UHGV virus genome: UHGV-1343746 | DNA: 64,000 nucleotides | Strand: one strand, 5' to 3' | DNA from: a virus | In this document: one piece after another, positions 10,449-20,745 of the stretch | Numbering within the stretch: position 1 is the first letter of the stretch | Layout: the number at the start of each line of letters is the position of its first letter | Translations under genes and position numbers: made by a program | The notes under the pieces: generated by a model | The model's input: only the letters and a program-made list of their open reading frames with translations | Told to the model about the DNA's origin: nothing | Databases searched by the model: none

Positions 10449-10593
10449 CATCACTTAAGAGTCTTTGAAAAGGGTTTTAAGTGATGCTCGGTAAGGTTCG
10501 GTTCGGTTGGGTGTGGTATGGTCTGGTATGGCTGGGTTGGGTCTGGTCCGGTTTGGTGAGGGTAGTTAGTCTCAGCTACATTAAAATGAGACT
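10449..10593 (+). repeat. composite repeat unit 1: 10-bp-stem hairpin, ~15 GGTNN pentamers, hairpin with conserved loop
   Basis: CATCACTTAA/TTAAGTGATG stem; GGTAA GGTTC GGTTC GGTTG GGTGT GGTAT GGTCT...; hairpin AGTCTCA/TGAGACT with loop GCTACATTAAAA. Confidence 0.6.
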
Positions 10594-10731
10594 CACCTTT
10601 TTAAAAGGTCTTTAAAGAGGGTCTTTTAATGAGGTTTCGCTAGGTAGGGTAGTGTCCGGTTGGGTCTGGTAAGGTCAGGTTAGGTAAAGTGAGGTAAGGG
10701 TGGATGGTAGTAGCCACGTTAAAAATCTACC
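10594..10731 (+). repeat. composite repeat unit 2: motif GGTCTTTAAAGAGGGTCTTTT, ~13 GGTNN pentamers, hairpin
   Basis: hairpin GGTAG/CTACC with loop TAGCCACGTTAAAAAT. Confidence 0.6.
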
Positions 10732-10789
10732 AAGTTTCTAAAGAGTCTTCTGTTGAGGGTTCTTTACAAACAACTTAACAATCAACTAA

Positions 10790-11395
<606 letters not shown>

Positions 11396-11397
11396 TT

Positions 11398-11838
11398 ATG
11401 AATACAAAAGCATTAGCAGCAAAGTTCAGTTACGGTGATACTGTATCACACTCTGAGATGGACACCTTCTTAGGTATTGTGAAGCCGACTTATCAAGGTG
11501 ACATTGTTAAGTACGAAGATGAAATGAAAGCTTACGCACTTACACGCCTAAATCGACTTGAGAAGTTTATTGAGAAGCTTCTTAAAGAAGAGAAGATTTA
11601 TCTGGTCACTTCAATGGGTGTTGGTTATCGTGTGGTGGAACCTAAACATCAAGCAACTATTGCAAAACGTAAAATGTCTAGTAAGATTGGTCGTGCTTTA
11701 AAACAAGCCACTCAAGCGATTGAGAATGTGAACACTATGGCACTTAGTCATCAAGAACGTTCACGACTGATTGAACAGCAAAACCATTTAGCTGCCATGA
11801 AAGCTAACATTAACAAGCAACGTAGAAAACCTTTCTAA
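11398..11838 (+). CDS. hypothetical protein with basic C-terminal tail
   Basis: 146-aa ORF tightly coupled to upstream ORF; C-terminus KANINKQRRKPF. Confidence 0.5.
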   Translation: MNTKALAAKFSYGDTVSHSEMDTFLGIVKPTYQGDIVKYEDEMKAYALTRLNRLEKFIEKLLKEEKIYLVTSMGVGYRVVEPKHQATIAKRKMSSKIGRALKQATQAIENVNTMALSHQERSRLIEQQNHLAAMKANINKQRRKPF

Positions 11839-11849
11839 GTTGACTAGGT

Positions 11850-11872
11850 AGCCTCTTCGGAGGCTCCTTTTT
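11850..11872 (+). terminator. rho-independent terminator
   Basis: AGCCTC-TTCG-GAGGCT stem-loop followed by CCTTTTT. Confidence 0.6.
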
Positions 11873-11981
11873 AAAAGGTCTTTAAAAGGGTCTTTTAATG
11901 AGGCTGGGTTTGGTCTGGTTCGGTGTGGCAAGGTGGGGTTAGGTATGGGTAGTTAATCGGAGCTACATAAAAATTCGATTA
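11866..11981 (+). repeat. composite repeat unit 3: motif GGTCTTTAAAAGGGTCTTTT, ~9 GGTNN pentamers, hairpin
   Basis: hairpin TAATCG/CGATTA with loop GAGCTACATAAAAAT. Confidence 0.6.
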
Positions 11982-12107
11982 CATCACTTAAGAGTCTTTG
12001 AAAAGGGTTTTTAAGTGATGTTTGGTCGGGTGTGGTTCAGTCAGGTAAGGTTGGGCGAGGTCAGGTCGGGTGCGGAAGGATGGCAGTAGCCTTATAAAAA
12101 ATCTGCC
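11982..12107 (+). repeat. composite repeat unit 4: 10-bp-stem hairpin identical to unit 1, ~12 GGTNN pentamers, hairpin
   Basis: CATCACTTAA...TTAAGTGATG; hairpin GGCAG/CTGCC with loop TAGCCTTATAAAAAAT. Confidence 0.6.
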
Positions 12108-12125
12108 AAATAAGCTATAAAATCT

Positions 12126-12155
12126 GTTGACAAGTCAGGTGTTATAGCTTATTTT
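12126..12155 (+). promoter_or_regulatory. sigma70-like promoter TTGACA-18-TATTTT
   Basis: perfect -35 and weak -10 upstream of ORF 12196. Confidence 0.4.
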
Positions 12156-12195
12156 TATACTCAAATGTATACAAAATTTTATATAGGAGGTAGTT

Positions 12196-12576
12196 ATGAA
12201 AAAGTTACTTGTTGGTATCATTGCTCTTGGTATGAGTTTTAGTGCAGTGGCTATGAAGATGCCTGAAGCAAACTTTAGTGGTGTTGCTTTAGAATCTTGT
12301 AAGATTGTACAGAAAATTGCATCAAATGCTGGAGAGTTAACTAAACCGTTATCTGCTCAGACTGTTCAAGAAATGACTGATAAGATGGTTGACTACAACT
12401 ACCATTTTATGGGAGATTACTATGACAGATTAGCAGATGAGATGGTTACTCAGAACGTTGACCTTCTTGATAGTAAAGGTATCGAAACTGTAGAAGATGT
12501 GAAAGATAATTTTATGCGTGAGTCTTTCAAAGGTGTTCAATACTTTATTGAAAATCGTCACTGCATGGGTTTATAA
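12196..12576 (+). CDS. putative secreted protein
   Basis: N-terminal signal peptide MKKLLVGIIALGMSFSAVA; strong SD AGGAGG. Confidence 0.5.
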   Translation: MKKLLVGIIALGMSFSAVAMKMPEANFSGVALESCKIVQKIASNAGELTKPLSAQTVQEMTDKMVDYNYHFMGDYYDRLADEMVTQNVDLLDSKGIETVEDVKDNFMRESFKGVQYFIENRHCMGL

Positions 12577-12578
12577 TC

Positions 12579-12782
12579 ATGAAGAAGAACATCTGTAGAG
12601 TAGACTACGGTGAAGTAGTCGATGATGACGGAGTAGTTATTTACAGAGTTTGGGCAAGTGATTATTCAACCGTTGTAGAGTCTTTAGATAACTACATCAA
12701 TGGGACTCGTGAAAACGTCAGAGCAACTAATCTTGATTCGTTAATAGACACTTCTCGAAAACGGAGAAAGAAAGATGAATGA
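12579..12782 (+). CDS. hypothetical protein
   Basis: 67-aa ORF. Confidence 0.35.
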   Translation: MKKNICRVDYGEVVDDDGVVIYRVWASDYSTVVESLDNYINGTRENVRATNLDSLIDTSRKRRKKDE

Positions 12783-13074
12783 AGTCTTTGACCCATATGC
12801 ACCTCAAGATTCTTGGGAGGCTGATAGAGAGGCTGAAATGGAGAGTTATGTCTGTCCAATGGATATAGAAGAGATGAAAGACTTTGTATCTTTCAGATTC
12901 TCTAAAGAGATTGAGAAGCTAAAACTTTCTCAGGCTCAAGTAGCAACTGTTTGTGAAATCTCACAGAGTCGTGTGTCAAATATCATTAACGACCCTCAGA
13001 AGATTTCTTTAGAGTACATGCTTAATGCTTGTACAAAACTTGGTGTAAATTTTAACTTAAGGCTGGCAGATTAA
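12775..13074 (+). CDS. putative HTH DNA-binding protein
   Basis: acidic N-terminus plus helix-turn-helix-like LSQAQVATVCEISQSRVSNI. Confidence 0.45.
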   Translation: MNEVFDPYAPQDSWEADREAEMESYVCPMDIEEMKDFVSFRFSKEIEKLKLSQAQVATVCEISQSRVSNIINDPQKISLEYMLNACTKLGVNFNLRLAD

Positions 13075-13075
13075 T

Positions 13076-13435
13076 ATGAAACGTGAAAATGCAATCTTTA
13101 ACGATAACTTTGCAATTGGCTTCTATGGTAAACCAACTCCAGCAGAGAAGCTTTATGGTAATGCAATTCTGGAGACCTTGAAAGAGGTTTACACAACTGG
13201 TGGTATGAAACATACTGAAGCAAACCGTGTAAAAGGTTACATGGCAATTGGTTCTGCAATCTCTAACATCAAACTTGAAACTACAAGTGCTAAAAAGGTT
13301 CGAGACCACTTCATCAAAGAGTTGTCAGAGAACCTAGATGGTGTTGAAGTCAAGGCTGTCTGGTTAGATGTTGACGGTCACAACTACACAACTTTTGTGT
13401 TTAAAAATGAGGATATCAAATGTCTCTTCCCTTAA
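13076..13435 (+). CDS. hypothetical protein
   Basis: 119-aa ORF. Confidence 0.4.
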   Translation: MKRENAIFNDNFAIGFYGKPTPAEKLYGNAILETLKEVYTTGGMKHTEANRVKGYMAIGSAISNIKLETTSAKKVRDHFIKELSENLDGVEVKAVWLDVDGHNYTTFVFKNEDIKCLFP

Positions 13436-13923
13436 AACTCGATTTATACTTTGGGTACAGTGTATTGCAAGGCAGCATACTGTCACTACCAAAGTCAGAT
13501 TATCGTTGTGATTTAGGTTCTGTGAAACGTGCATCACACTTTAACAACAACATCTTAGGCTTGCAGACACTTCACAGGTGGCTTGAGGAAGATGGACGGT
13601 TGAATGAATATCTTCACCAACTAGAACTAGCCAAAGAAGAAGGGCATATGGGTTGGGATTTACTACCCCATCTGTACAAGCCTGCAAGCCCTATGGAGAT
13701 ACGCTATAACGAACAATCTGTTGAAAGTTATCGCAAATATAACCTAACTGTTGTATCAAGAGCTTGGAAGGAATATGAAAAACTCCGTGAAATCATTATA
13801 CAGACCATTGGAAAGCGTGTAGCAAAAGGTCTTGCTTATGATGAAAAGGTTGACTGGAAGACACAGAAGTGTATAAAATTCTTCAAGTACGATAATGACA
13901 AAGATACTTTTGTAGAGGTTTAA
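13420..13923 (+). CDS. hypothetical protein
   Basis: 167-aa ORF. Confidence 0.4.
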   Translation: MSLPLKLDLYFGYSVLQGSILSLPKSDYRCDLGSVKRASHFNNNILGLQTLHRWLEEDGRLNEYLHQLELAKEEGHMGWDLLPHLYKPASPMEIRYNEQSVESYRKYNLTVVSRAWKEYEKLREIIIQTIGKRVAKGLAYDEKVDWKTQKCIKFFKYDNDKDTFVEV

Positions 13924-13924
13924 C

Positions 13925-14440
13925 ATGAAAATTGGAATTACCCTTTGCCAGCCTGAAGCAGAGTTCTTGAAATCAATGTTGTCTGAGCATATGAAGTCCA
14001 CAAATCATACTGAGAAGACATTCTTGATTGACACTAATTATGATGCAGGAACTATTGAGTTCATTGATGAAGACACTGCTGATTCCTTGTGTGTTCTTCC
14101 TGCTCACTTATTTACTCCAGAGCTACGTGAGAGTCGTTCTATTGAAGTTAATCTGGAGCCAAGTATTGAACTGTACTCAGGTACACAGTATCCAAGAAGC
14201 TTTAAAGCATTGCTAAACATCTTTATAGCTGATATTGTAGAGATTGTTAAGCAGACTGAAGGTGGTCATGTAGTAACTGCTGAGTGTGAACAAGGCACTA
14301 TCAAACTGACAGGTGACTTTGGTTCTATGAGTTTCTTAGACTTTGTTCCAAAACACTTTGAAGATTTCCTGTCAAGTGAAGTTGATGACCTTGATTTCAT
14401 ACTAAAATTTGAACGCACTTTTAAGGTAAACAAAAAATGA
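13925..14440 (+). CDS. hypothetical protein
   Basis: 171-aa ORF. Confidence 0.4.
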   Translation: MKIGITLCQPEAEFLKSMLSEHMKSTNHTEKTFLIDTNYDAGTIEFIDEDTADSLCVLPAHLFTPELRESRSIEVNLEPSIELYSGTQYPRSFKALLNIFIADIVEIVKQTEGGHVVTAECEQGTIKLTGDFGSMSFLDFVPKHFEDFLSSEVDDLDFILKFERTFKVNKK

Positions 14441-14709
14441 AAATCTTAAGCGGAGTATCACAGTGTTACATGAATAATGGTGAGCCAGTTAAATGCTGCC
14501 ATTGTGGAGGTGAGAACTTCCAAGGTGAAGTTTCAGAGATTGTCTCTGGCAATATCGCTGAAGAGTACACCCGTTGCTGTGGATGTGGAAAGATTTTATC
14601 TTTTTGGGCTTATGGAAGTTATGAACCACAACCTCACCTTATTTACCATCCAAACAGGATTGTGAAGCGTGTTCTGAACTGGTTCATTATCAAAGGATTT
14701 ACAAAATGA
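14437..14709 (+). CDS. small Cys-rich zinc-finger-like protein
   Basis: CCHCGG...CCGCG cysteine pairs in 90 aa. Confidence 0.4.
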   Translation: MKILSGVSQCYMNNGEPVKCCHCGGENFQGEVSEIVSGNIAEEYTRCCGCGKILSFWAYGSYEPQPHLIYHPNRIVKRVLNWFIIKGFTK

Positions 14710-15251
14710 TTAAGTTAATTTTTGCAAGTGGTATTAACGGGGAGTTTGGCACAGCTACTGGAATGCCTTGGCCTCGTAATAAACAAGATATGGCAGAGTT
14801 TAAGAAGCAGACTGTTAACCAGTTAGTCTTGATGGGTAGCGAAACTTGGAAGACTCTTGGGAGCAAGCCTTTGCCAAACCGTGAGAACCTTGTCTTGACA
14901 AACTCTCTTGACTTTTATGGTCTGGATTTTAAAGATGACTCTTATTGTAAAGCAAGAGTTAAGCCTGAAGCTTTTGGGGCTTTCCTGAAGTATATTGATA
15001 GCTCTATTGATGAAGATGTTTTAGTAATCGGTGGAGCCAATATCTTAATCTCAGCTTTGCCGTATGCTGACGTAGTTTTCCACAGTGTTATTAAGGAAGT
15101 TACTGAAGAGGCTACTGTCAAGCTACCTTATGAGGGTTTCTTCCAGTACTTGTATGACACAGATTTATTTGCTAAAGTACAGTCCAAACCTTCAGAAGAT
15201 AAGTCTGTGGTGTTTGATACCTATGTTCCACAAGTAAGAGGACGTTTCTAA
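14706..15251 (+). CDS. dihydrofolate reductase
   Basis: 181 aa; N-terminus MIKLIFA...NGEFGTATGMPW typical of DHFR; adjacent to thymidylate synthase. Confidence 0.75.
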   Translation: MIKLIFASGINGEFGTATGMPWPRNKQDMAEFKKQTVNQLVLMGSETWKTLGSKPLPNRENLVLTNSLDFYGLDFKDDSYCKARVKPEAFGAFLKYIDSSIDEDVLVIGGANILISALPYADVVFHSVIKEVTEEATVKLPYEGFFQYLYDTDLFAKVQSKPSEDKSVVFDTYVPQVRGRF

Positions 15252-15252
15252 T

Positions 15253-16152
15253 ATGTCACAAGCGGATGTAAGCTACAAAGCTATTTTAAACCATGTTTTA
15301 TCAGTTGGTGAGTTGCGTAAAACCCGAACTGGCTCAGTGATTTCTACCTTTGCTCCACCTGAGTTCCGTTTTGATATGCGTAGTGGATTTCCTTTAATCA
15401 CCTCAAAACAAACATTTATGCGTCAAGTCCTCGGTGAAGCATTATGGTTTATGAACGGTGAAAACCAACTAGGCCATTTGCGTTACAGAACTTGGGGAGA
15501 GAACGACGGAGAGCGTTGGACTATCTGGACAGATGATTTTAAACGTTGGTTGAAAACAACCTATGCTACAGAGAATGATTGGCTGGAGGACGCTGGAGGA
15601 AGAATCTATGGAGTCCAATGGAGAGCCTACGAAGGTCATGGTGGCGTTGTTGTAGACCAGTTGAGTAATCTTGTAGAGAAGATGAGAAAGTCTCCTACAG
15701 ACCGTTACATGCTCGTTAACGCATGGAATGCAGCAGATATCTCAAGTAACTCTATGGCATTAGCACCTTGTCATGTACTTTTTCAGATTTATATCTCGAA
15801 CACTAATGAGGTGGATTTGAAATGGTATCAGCGCTCTTGTGATACATTCTTAGGGTTACCATTTAACATTGCTTCCTATGCCTTTATCTTGGAGGTGTTG
15901 TGTAAACTGACGGGATATACACCGCGATATCTGGTAGGGACTTATGGTGATACTCAAATCTATCAGAACCATATGTCGCAGGTTTTTCAGCTTCTTGGCA
16001 ATGAAGAGTTTCCAGCACCTAAGTTTGAAATTCATCAAGATTTAAAGTCTCTTGAAGATTTGAGACATATGACAGCAGATGACTTCCTAGGTGGGTTGAA
16101 AGGGTATAAACATGCTGGTAAGATTGAAGCACCTTTATCAGTAGGTAAGTAG
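15253..16152 (+). CDS. thymidylate synthase
   Basis: 299 aa; catalytic-cysteine motif ALAPCH, YQRSCD, FLGLPFNIASYA. Confidence 0.85.
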   Translation: MSQADVSYKAILNHVLSVGELRKTRTGSVISTFAPPEFRFDMRSGFPLITSKQTFMRQVLGEALWFMNGENQLGHLRYRTWGENDGERWTIWTDDFKRWLKTTYATENDWLEDAGGRIYGVQWRAYEGHGGVVVDQLSNLVEKMRKSPTDRYMLVNAWNAADISSNSMALAPCHVLFQIYISNTNEVDLKWYQRSCDTFLGLPFNIASYAFILEVLCKLTGYTPRYLVGTYGDTQIYQNHMSQVFQLLGNEEFPAPKFEIHQDLKSLEDLRHMTADDFLGGLKGYKHAGKIEAPLSVGK

Positions 16153-16154
16153 AA

Positions 16155-16190
16155 ACAAAAAAGGCTCCCGTAAAAAGGAGCCTTAGAATT
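16155..16190. terminator. bidirectional terminator hairpin between convergent genes
   Basis: AAGGCTCC/GGAGCCTT 8-bp stem with A-run upstream and T-rich downstream. Confidence 0.55.
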
Positions 16191-16563
16191 ATTTCTTTTT
16201 AGTGCTTTGGGTATTTTGTTCTGTAATTGCTTGCAAAGCTGATACAGATTGTGCTAAGTTGTTAACACTGTCAGAGAACTTATCAAGGGTCTTAGTCAAC
16301 TTAGCGTTTTCTCCCTTAACATTCTCTAGCTGAACTTTCTGGTTCTCCATCCCTAATTGTAGGAGCTTCATATCAGATTGTAAGTCACGAATAGCTGAAT
16401 AGTTACCTTTTGAGTAACCATCCAACTGCTGTAACTTATTTGTGATAGACACTTCCTGTTTACCATCAGAGACCTGCATTGTAGTGTACATACCAATTAC
16501 ACTGAAAATACCTACAACGATTGCACCAATATTATTCTTAAAAGCATCTTCAAGCCACTTCAT
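16189..16563 (-). CDS. membrane-anchored coiled-coil protein (spanin- or holin-like)
   Basis: N-terminal transmembrane segment IGAIVVGIFSVIGMY followed by coiled coil. Confidence 0.35.
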   Translation of the reverse strand: MKWLEDAFKNNIGAIVVGIFSVIGMYTTMQVSDGKQEVSITNKLQQLDGYSKGNYSAIRDLQSDMKLLQLGMENQKVQLENVKGENAKLTKTLDKFSDSVNNLAQSVSALQAITEQNTQSTKKK

Positions 16564-16757
16564 TATTTCTCACCTTTAAAAGCCTTTTCCAAGGTATCTA
16601 CAAATTCATCATCAATAGGTGTATCTGTTTTACTCGCAAGGTATCTTGCAAGCTTAAAGAACACTTTTTCAATCATGTATTCACTGAGAAGAGAAAAAAG
16701 AAGCTTCCAAAAGAATGCCCCAAGGTTTTTCATGAGGATTGCTAGAATGGTTGGCAT
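16563..16757 (-). CDS. small hydrophobic protein
   Basis: 64 aa with hydrophobic N-terminus, downstream of tail fibres. Confidence 0.35.
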   Translation of the reverse strand: MPTILAILMKNLGAFFWKLLFSLLSEYMIEKVFFKLARYLASKTDTPIDDEFVDTLEKAFKGEK

Positions 16758-16843
16758 TTAATCACCTTACTTCTTGAGCCAAGATGGTGAGAATACCTAC
16801 TAAGAAATATTAACACCATCTTGACAGTTAGTCAACAAGGTAA

Positions 16844-19222
16844 TTATGCAGTTCTTACCCAAGCCATTAATTTAATGTAAGTGTTAAGAACACTGAATGC
16901 TGCACCAGAACCAGTTGCACCAGTGTTACCACTGAATGTGTGGTTGTGAGAACCAATACCTACACCGTGACCGTGAGCACCTACCCAACTTGTTCTCCCT
17001 GTCCAAGTTCTTGATGCGTAGAAGTTGACAGGTGTACCATAAGTGAATTGTGAACCAGTATAACCCCTAGAGGCTTGTGAACCTGAGATAGCGAATGCCC
17101 CACTTGCTGTATAGAAGCTGTTTGCATCACTTCTGAAGAAACCAAAGTCACCAGAGATTTCCATGTTACCTCTGTCATGGTCGTGAGCACCTTGAGCGTC
17201 TGTGTACTTAGTGCCATAATCAAATGTACTTGTTGTTCCAGAGAAGCTATGAGTGTGCGCAGGAATATGACCAACACTTAGAGCCACCGTATCAGAACCA
17301 CCAAGACCTTTCACATCGGAACCATTTGCAGAACCGATTCTAATGGTTCTGTTTGCACCCTCTGTCAAGTAAGTCCAAGTAGTGCCTGGGAAAGCTGTAT
17401 TTGGGTTGACATTAGAAGCAAAGAACGTCACAATACCAACTGGATACACTTTCTTAAGGTCTGTAGAGTCAGTTACAGCGGAAGCAATACGTTGGTCTAC
17501 TTCAGCCTTGGTGTAAGCACCAAGTTCAGAGGGTGTAGGTTTGTCTTGGTCTGTGTAGATTTTAGCCCAAACCTCTTCAAAACCAAATCCATCCCTTGCT
17601 GTTCTATAATAGATTCCAGTATTCTTGTAGTTAAATTTAAACTGTGCAGTCGGTGTAGATGTACCAACTCCAAGGTGCATTTGGTAAACTAAGTGAGTAG
17701 ACCCACCAGTTGAATTTGTAACACTGTACAAACCTGTTTTTGCATTCCAAGCAATACCTGTTGCATCACCGACTTCGGTTCCAGTTCCAGATACACCAGA
17801 CAACATATATCTTGAGTTTGCAGCAGACTGTGTGTAGTATCTTGAGTCAAAGTTTGACCAATCTGTAGGCTGAACCTGACCAGTTACTGATACGCTTCTG
17901 TTGAACATGAAAGTGTCAGCAATTTCTAACTGTACACCACCACTTGAATAGTTGTACAGGAACAGAGAATTTGGCCTACTGCCTTCACCGTTACCAATAT
18001 ACCAACGTCTGTTGCCGTCTGCATTAGCGCCAACAATATACAGTGATGAATTAGCTGTCCCACTTTGCAATGTGAAAGCAGCATCTGTAGTAACAATAGT
18101 TTGTGGGTTAGTAAAAACGTTTGCAGCATTAGTTCTTGCAAGCACGTTCGTTAAAGAGCTTGGAACATATCTTGTATCAAAGTTTGCGAAGTCACTTGGT
18201 TTTACCTGACCAGATACATTAATAGCTTTGTTAAATGAAAACTCTGTAGCAATTTTCAAGTTAACATTTGTCATCTGGTTTGCTAAAACAATCTCAGACT
18301 GCGTACCATCTGGTTGACCCACATACCAAGCACCTGTCCCAGCACTGTTGTAACCACGCATAAATAATGCAGCATTCTCTGAAGCCGCTCTTAAGTTAAG
18401 TGCATTACTATCTGCAATAACATAAGTCTTCCCGTTGAAGTTGTTAACCCCAACAAAGTTATTACTTGCATTAAGTCTTGCAAATCTCTGGTCAGCAGCA
18501 GTCTGTGTAAAGAATCTTGCATCAAGGTTGTTCCAGTTATTAGGCTGAACCTGACCATTGATTTCAAAGTTCTTGTCAACACTAACAGAGTTTGTACCAA
18601 GAGTCAACGTAGCACCTTTGCTGTTAACTAATGTAACATCAGTCCCAGAAGTCAAGTTACCAACTGTGAATCTCAAAGCATTATTTGAGTCTCTTGCTTC
18701 AATATATGCTCCACCATCTGGTAAGATACTTTTAAGTGTCAAACCAACACCGTTGATATTAATGATTTGTCTTGCCAAGAAGGTATTTTCAGTTTCCTTC
18801 ATAGCATATCTTGCATCATTTTCAGTGTTAGTTCTCATACCTAATTCATTAGGAGATGGTTTATTAAGTGTGTGGTAAACTGTTGCAGACCTTGTGGCAT
18901 CATTTACAGTTAATCTTAAAGCACTTGCATTAATTCTAAAGGTCTTGGCAGTGTCACCGAGAATAACCTCAGAAGAACCTGTCGGGTCTAATAAGTCTTT
19001 TCCACCGTATCTTAATTTAACGATGCCAAGATTCCCTGTCATATCCCCACCAGTTAGTTGTAAGAATCTTTCTAGTTTGAAAGAGGCAAGGAAATTTGCA
19101 TAGGTCATTTTACGGTCTTCATCACCTAGCATATCAGACCTTTTGATAATTCTTAGGTGAAGTAAATCTTCTGAGCGAACTGTATCAATACTGTTTAGCT
19201 CACTTAGCTTATATTCAGCCAT
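16844..19222 (-). CDS. tail fibre protein
   Basis: 792 aa; C-terminal His-rich HxH repeats (AHDHD, AHGHGVGIGSHNH); paralogous C-terminus to 19268..20443. Confidence 0.7.
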   Translation of the reverse strand: MAEYKLSELNSIDTVRSEDLLHLRIIKRSDMLGDEDRKMTYANFLASFKLERFLQLTGGDMTGNLGIVKLRYGGKDLLDPTGSSEVILGDTAKTFRINASALRLTVNDATRSATVYHTLNKPSPNELGMRTNTENDARYAMKETENTFLARQIININGVGLTLKSILPDGGAYIEARDSNNALRFTVGNLTSGTDVTLVNSKGATLTLGTNSVSVDKNFEINGQVQPNNWNNLDARFFTQTAADQRFARLNASNNFVGVNNFNGKTYVIADSNALNLRAASENAALFMRGYNSAGTGAWYVGQPDGTQSEIVLANQMTNVNLKIATEFSFNKAINVSGQVKPSDFANFDTRYVPSSLTNVLARTNAANVFTNPQTIVTTDAAFTLQSGTANSSLYIVGANADGNRRWYIGNGEGSRPNSLFLYNYSSGGVQLEIADTFMFNRSVSVTGQVQPTDWSNFDSRYYTQSAANSRYMLSGVSGTGTEVGDATGIAWNAKTGLYSVTNSTGGSTHLVYQMHLGVGTSTPTAQFKFNYKNTGIYYRTARDGFGFEEVWAKIYTDQDKPTPSELGAYTKAEVDQRIASAVTDSTDLKKVYPVGIVTFFASNVNPNTAFPGTTWTYLTEGANRTIRIGSANGSDVKGLGGSDTVALSVGHIPAHTHSFSGTTSTFDYGTKYTDAQGAHDHDRGNMEISGDFGFFRSDANSFYTASGAFAISGSQASRGYTGSQFTYGTPVNFYASRTWTGRTSWVGAHGHGVGIGSHNHTFSGNTGATGSGAAFSVLNTYIKLMAWVRTA

Positions 19223-19267
19223 TTATAAATCCTCTTTCTAGGGGCTACACAGCCCCTTATAAAATAA

Positions 19268-20443
19268 TTACGCAGTTCTCTTCCAAACATATACAACATA
19301 AGAAGGTTGCTCAATATTAAATGCTTGTCCAGCACCAAATGCACCAGTTGTACCTGAGTGAGTGTGCTCAGAAGATTGAACTGTCACAGTACCTGAGTGG
19401 CCATGTGAACCAATTGCAACGCTGTGTCCATGTGCTCCGATATACACACTGTGAGAGTGGTTACCACCAACTGAAGAGTTAACATTGAAGGTATGTGTGT
19501 GAACCCCATCAAAGTCTGTATATGACGCATTCCCAACACCTGCATCAGCCGTTGCCGTAATAGCATTCACACCACCCCTGTCAGAACCCCTCAATGGAAT
19601 CCTGTGGCTGTGACTACCAGCACTGCTTACAGAACCATTAACGTTATGAGCGTGGCTTCCAGAGTCGTTTGTGGCCTTAGAACCGTAATCAAAACTTGAT
19701 GTGCTCTTAGTCCCATAGTCAAAGCTAGAAATTACTACTGTTGCATTATGGGAGTGTCCACCACCAGTTAACAATACAGAGTGTGTGTGACTTGGAATGT
19801 TATTTTGTGTAAGTGTTACAGTAGCAGAACCAAATACTGATTCTACAGGTCTTGTATCTGTGTCATAACCGACAAGAGACCTTCCTTTAGAAACTAACTC
19901 CCAAGTACCACCACAAAGTAAATATGTAGATGGGTTTGCAGGGTTAACTGACAAATGAATAGTACCAATCGGATAGCTATTCTGGATAGCCCTGTATAAA
20001 GCATTCACAGCTTTTGCAGTAGCATACTTATCAGCATCTTCAGAGTAAGAGTTTGAATATGTCCAGTTTTGAATATTAGACAAACCTACTTGAATCTTGT
20101 TAGTGTTGTGAGGGTTATTCTTGTCATTAATGTGATTCTGGATAAGAGCATTAACTTCATCACTTGATAGAATATTAAGGTTCTGCCTAGCCTCTTCAAC
20201 ACTAACCACGTCTGACAAGTTATTAGCAGCCACTAATTGGAGTGCGTTAACAACATTACCAAGTTCTACGTGAACCTTTGTAACACCGTGTGGGTTATTT
20301 CTTAAAGATGCGTGTGGAGCAAGTAATTGCTCAAGTGTGCATCGTTTATCCTCAATACCTTGCTTAAGGTGAAAGATATCACTTAAATCAATAGGCAACG
20401 AGGCTTGAGGTAATGCACTAATTTGAATTTCACCGACTGGCAT
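19268..20443 (-). CDS. tail fibre protein (short)
   Basis: 391 aa; repeated HxH motifs (HTHS, GHSH, SHAH, SHSH, HGHS, EHTHS); C-terminus VWKRTA. Confidence 0.7.
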   Translation of the reverse strand: MPVGEIQISALPQASLPIDLSDIFHLKQGIEDKRCTLEQLLAPHASLRNNPHGVTKVHVELGNVVNALQLVAANNLSDVVSVEEARQNLNILSSDEVNALIQNHINDKNNPHNTNKIQVGLSNIQNWTYSNSYSEDADKYATAKAVNALYRAIQNSYPIGTIHLSVNPANPSTYLLCGGTWELVSKGRSLVGYDTDTRPVESVFGSATVTLTQNNIPSHTHSVLLTGGGHSHNATVVISSFDYGTKSTSSFDYGSKATNDSGSHAHNVNGSVSSAGSHSHRIPLRGSDRGGVNAITATADAGVGNASYTDFDGVHTHTFNVNSSVGGNHSHSVYIGAHGHSVAIGSHGHSGTVTVQSSEHTHSGTTGAFGAGQAFNIEQPSYVVYVWKRTA

Positions 20444-20445
20444 TA

Positions 20446-20745
20446 TTAGCTCCCTTTATATTCGTATGTGTAAAGGTTAGTCGTGCTAGTGGGTGCAGTT
20501 CCTGTTACTGTGTCAATTAATTCCCAACCATTGGAAACTAAATCAGGTTGCTCCATAGCAAATGAACGAACCTCTCCAACCGTACCATTTACTTTGTTAA
20601 GCAAATAGTTGATAATATAGTTAAACCACTGACGACCCATAGGCTCACCCCTTAATAGGCCAGTGGCTTGAATTTCTGGAGGTGGTAAAACTTTAAGCTG
20701 GTTACCATCAGCATCAACTGTATCTGTAGACCATGAAAGAGACAT
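20446..20745 (-). CDS. tail fibre-associated protein
   Basis: 99-aa ORF between baseplate and fibre genes. Confidence 0.35.
   Translation of the reverse strand: MSLSWSTDTVDADGNQLKVLPPPEIQATGLLRGEPMGRQWFNYIINYLLNKVNGTVGEVRSFAMEQPDLVSNGWELIDTVTGTAPTSTTNLYTYEYKGS

Noticed and set aside
10488-10566. GGTNN arrays as protein-coding or collagen-like repeats
   Set aside because: Period is 5 nt, not a multiple of 3, and every frame is broken or meaningless
17926-18209. Short ORFs inside the tail-fibre and tape-measure genes on either strand
   Set aside because: Nested in or antisense to long, well-supported structural genes
16844-20443. Possible diversity-generating retroelement targeting tail fibre C-termini
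   Set aside because: The two similar C-terminal regions are ordinary paralogs; no reverse transcriptase gene and no template/variable repeat pair with adenine-specific differences
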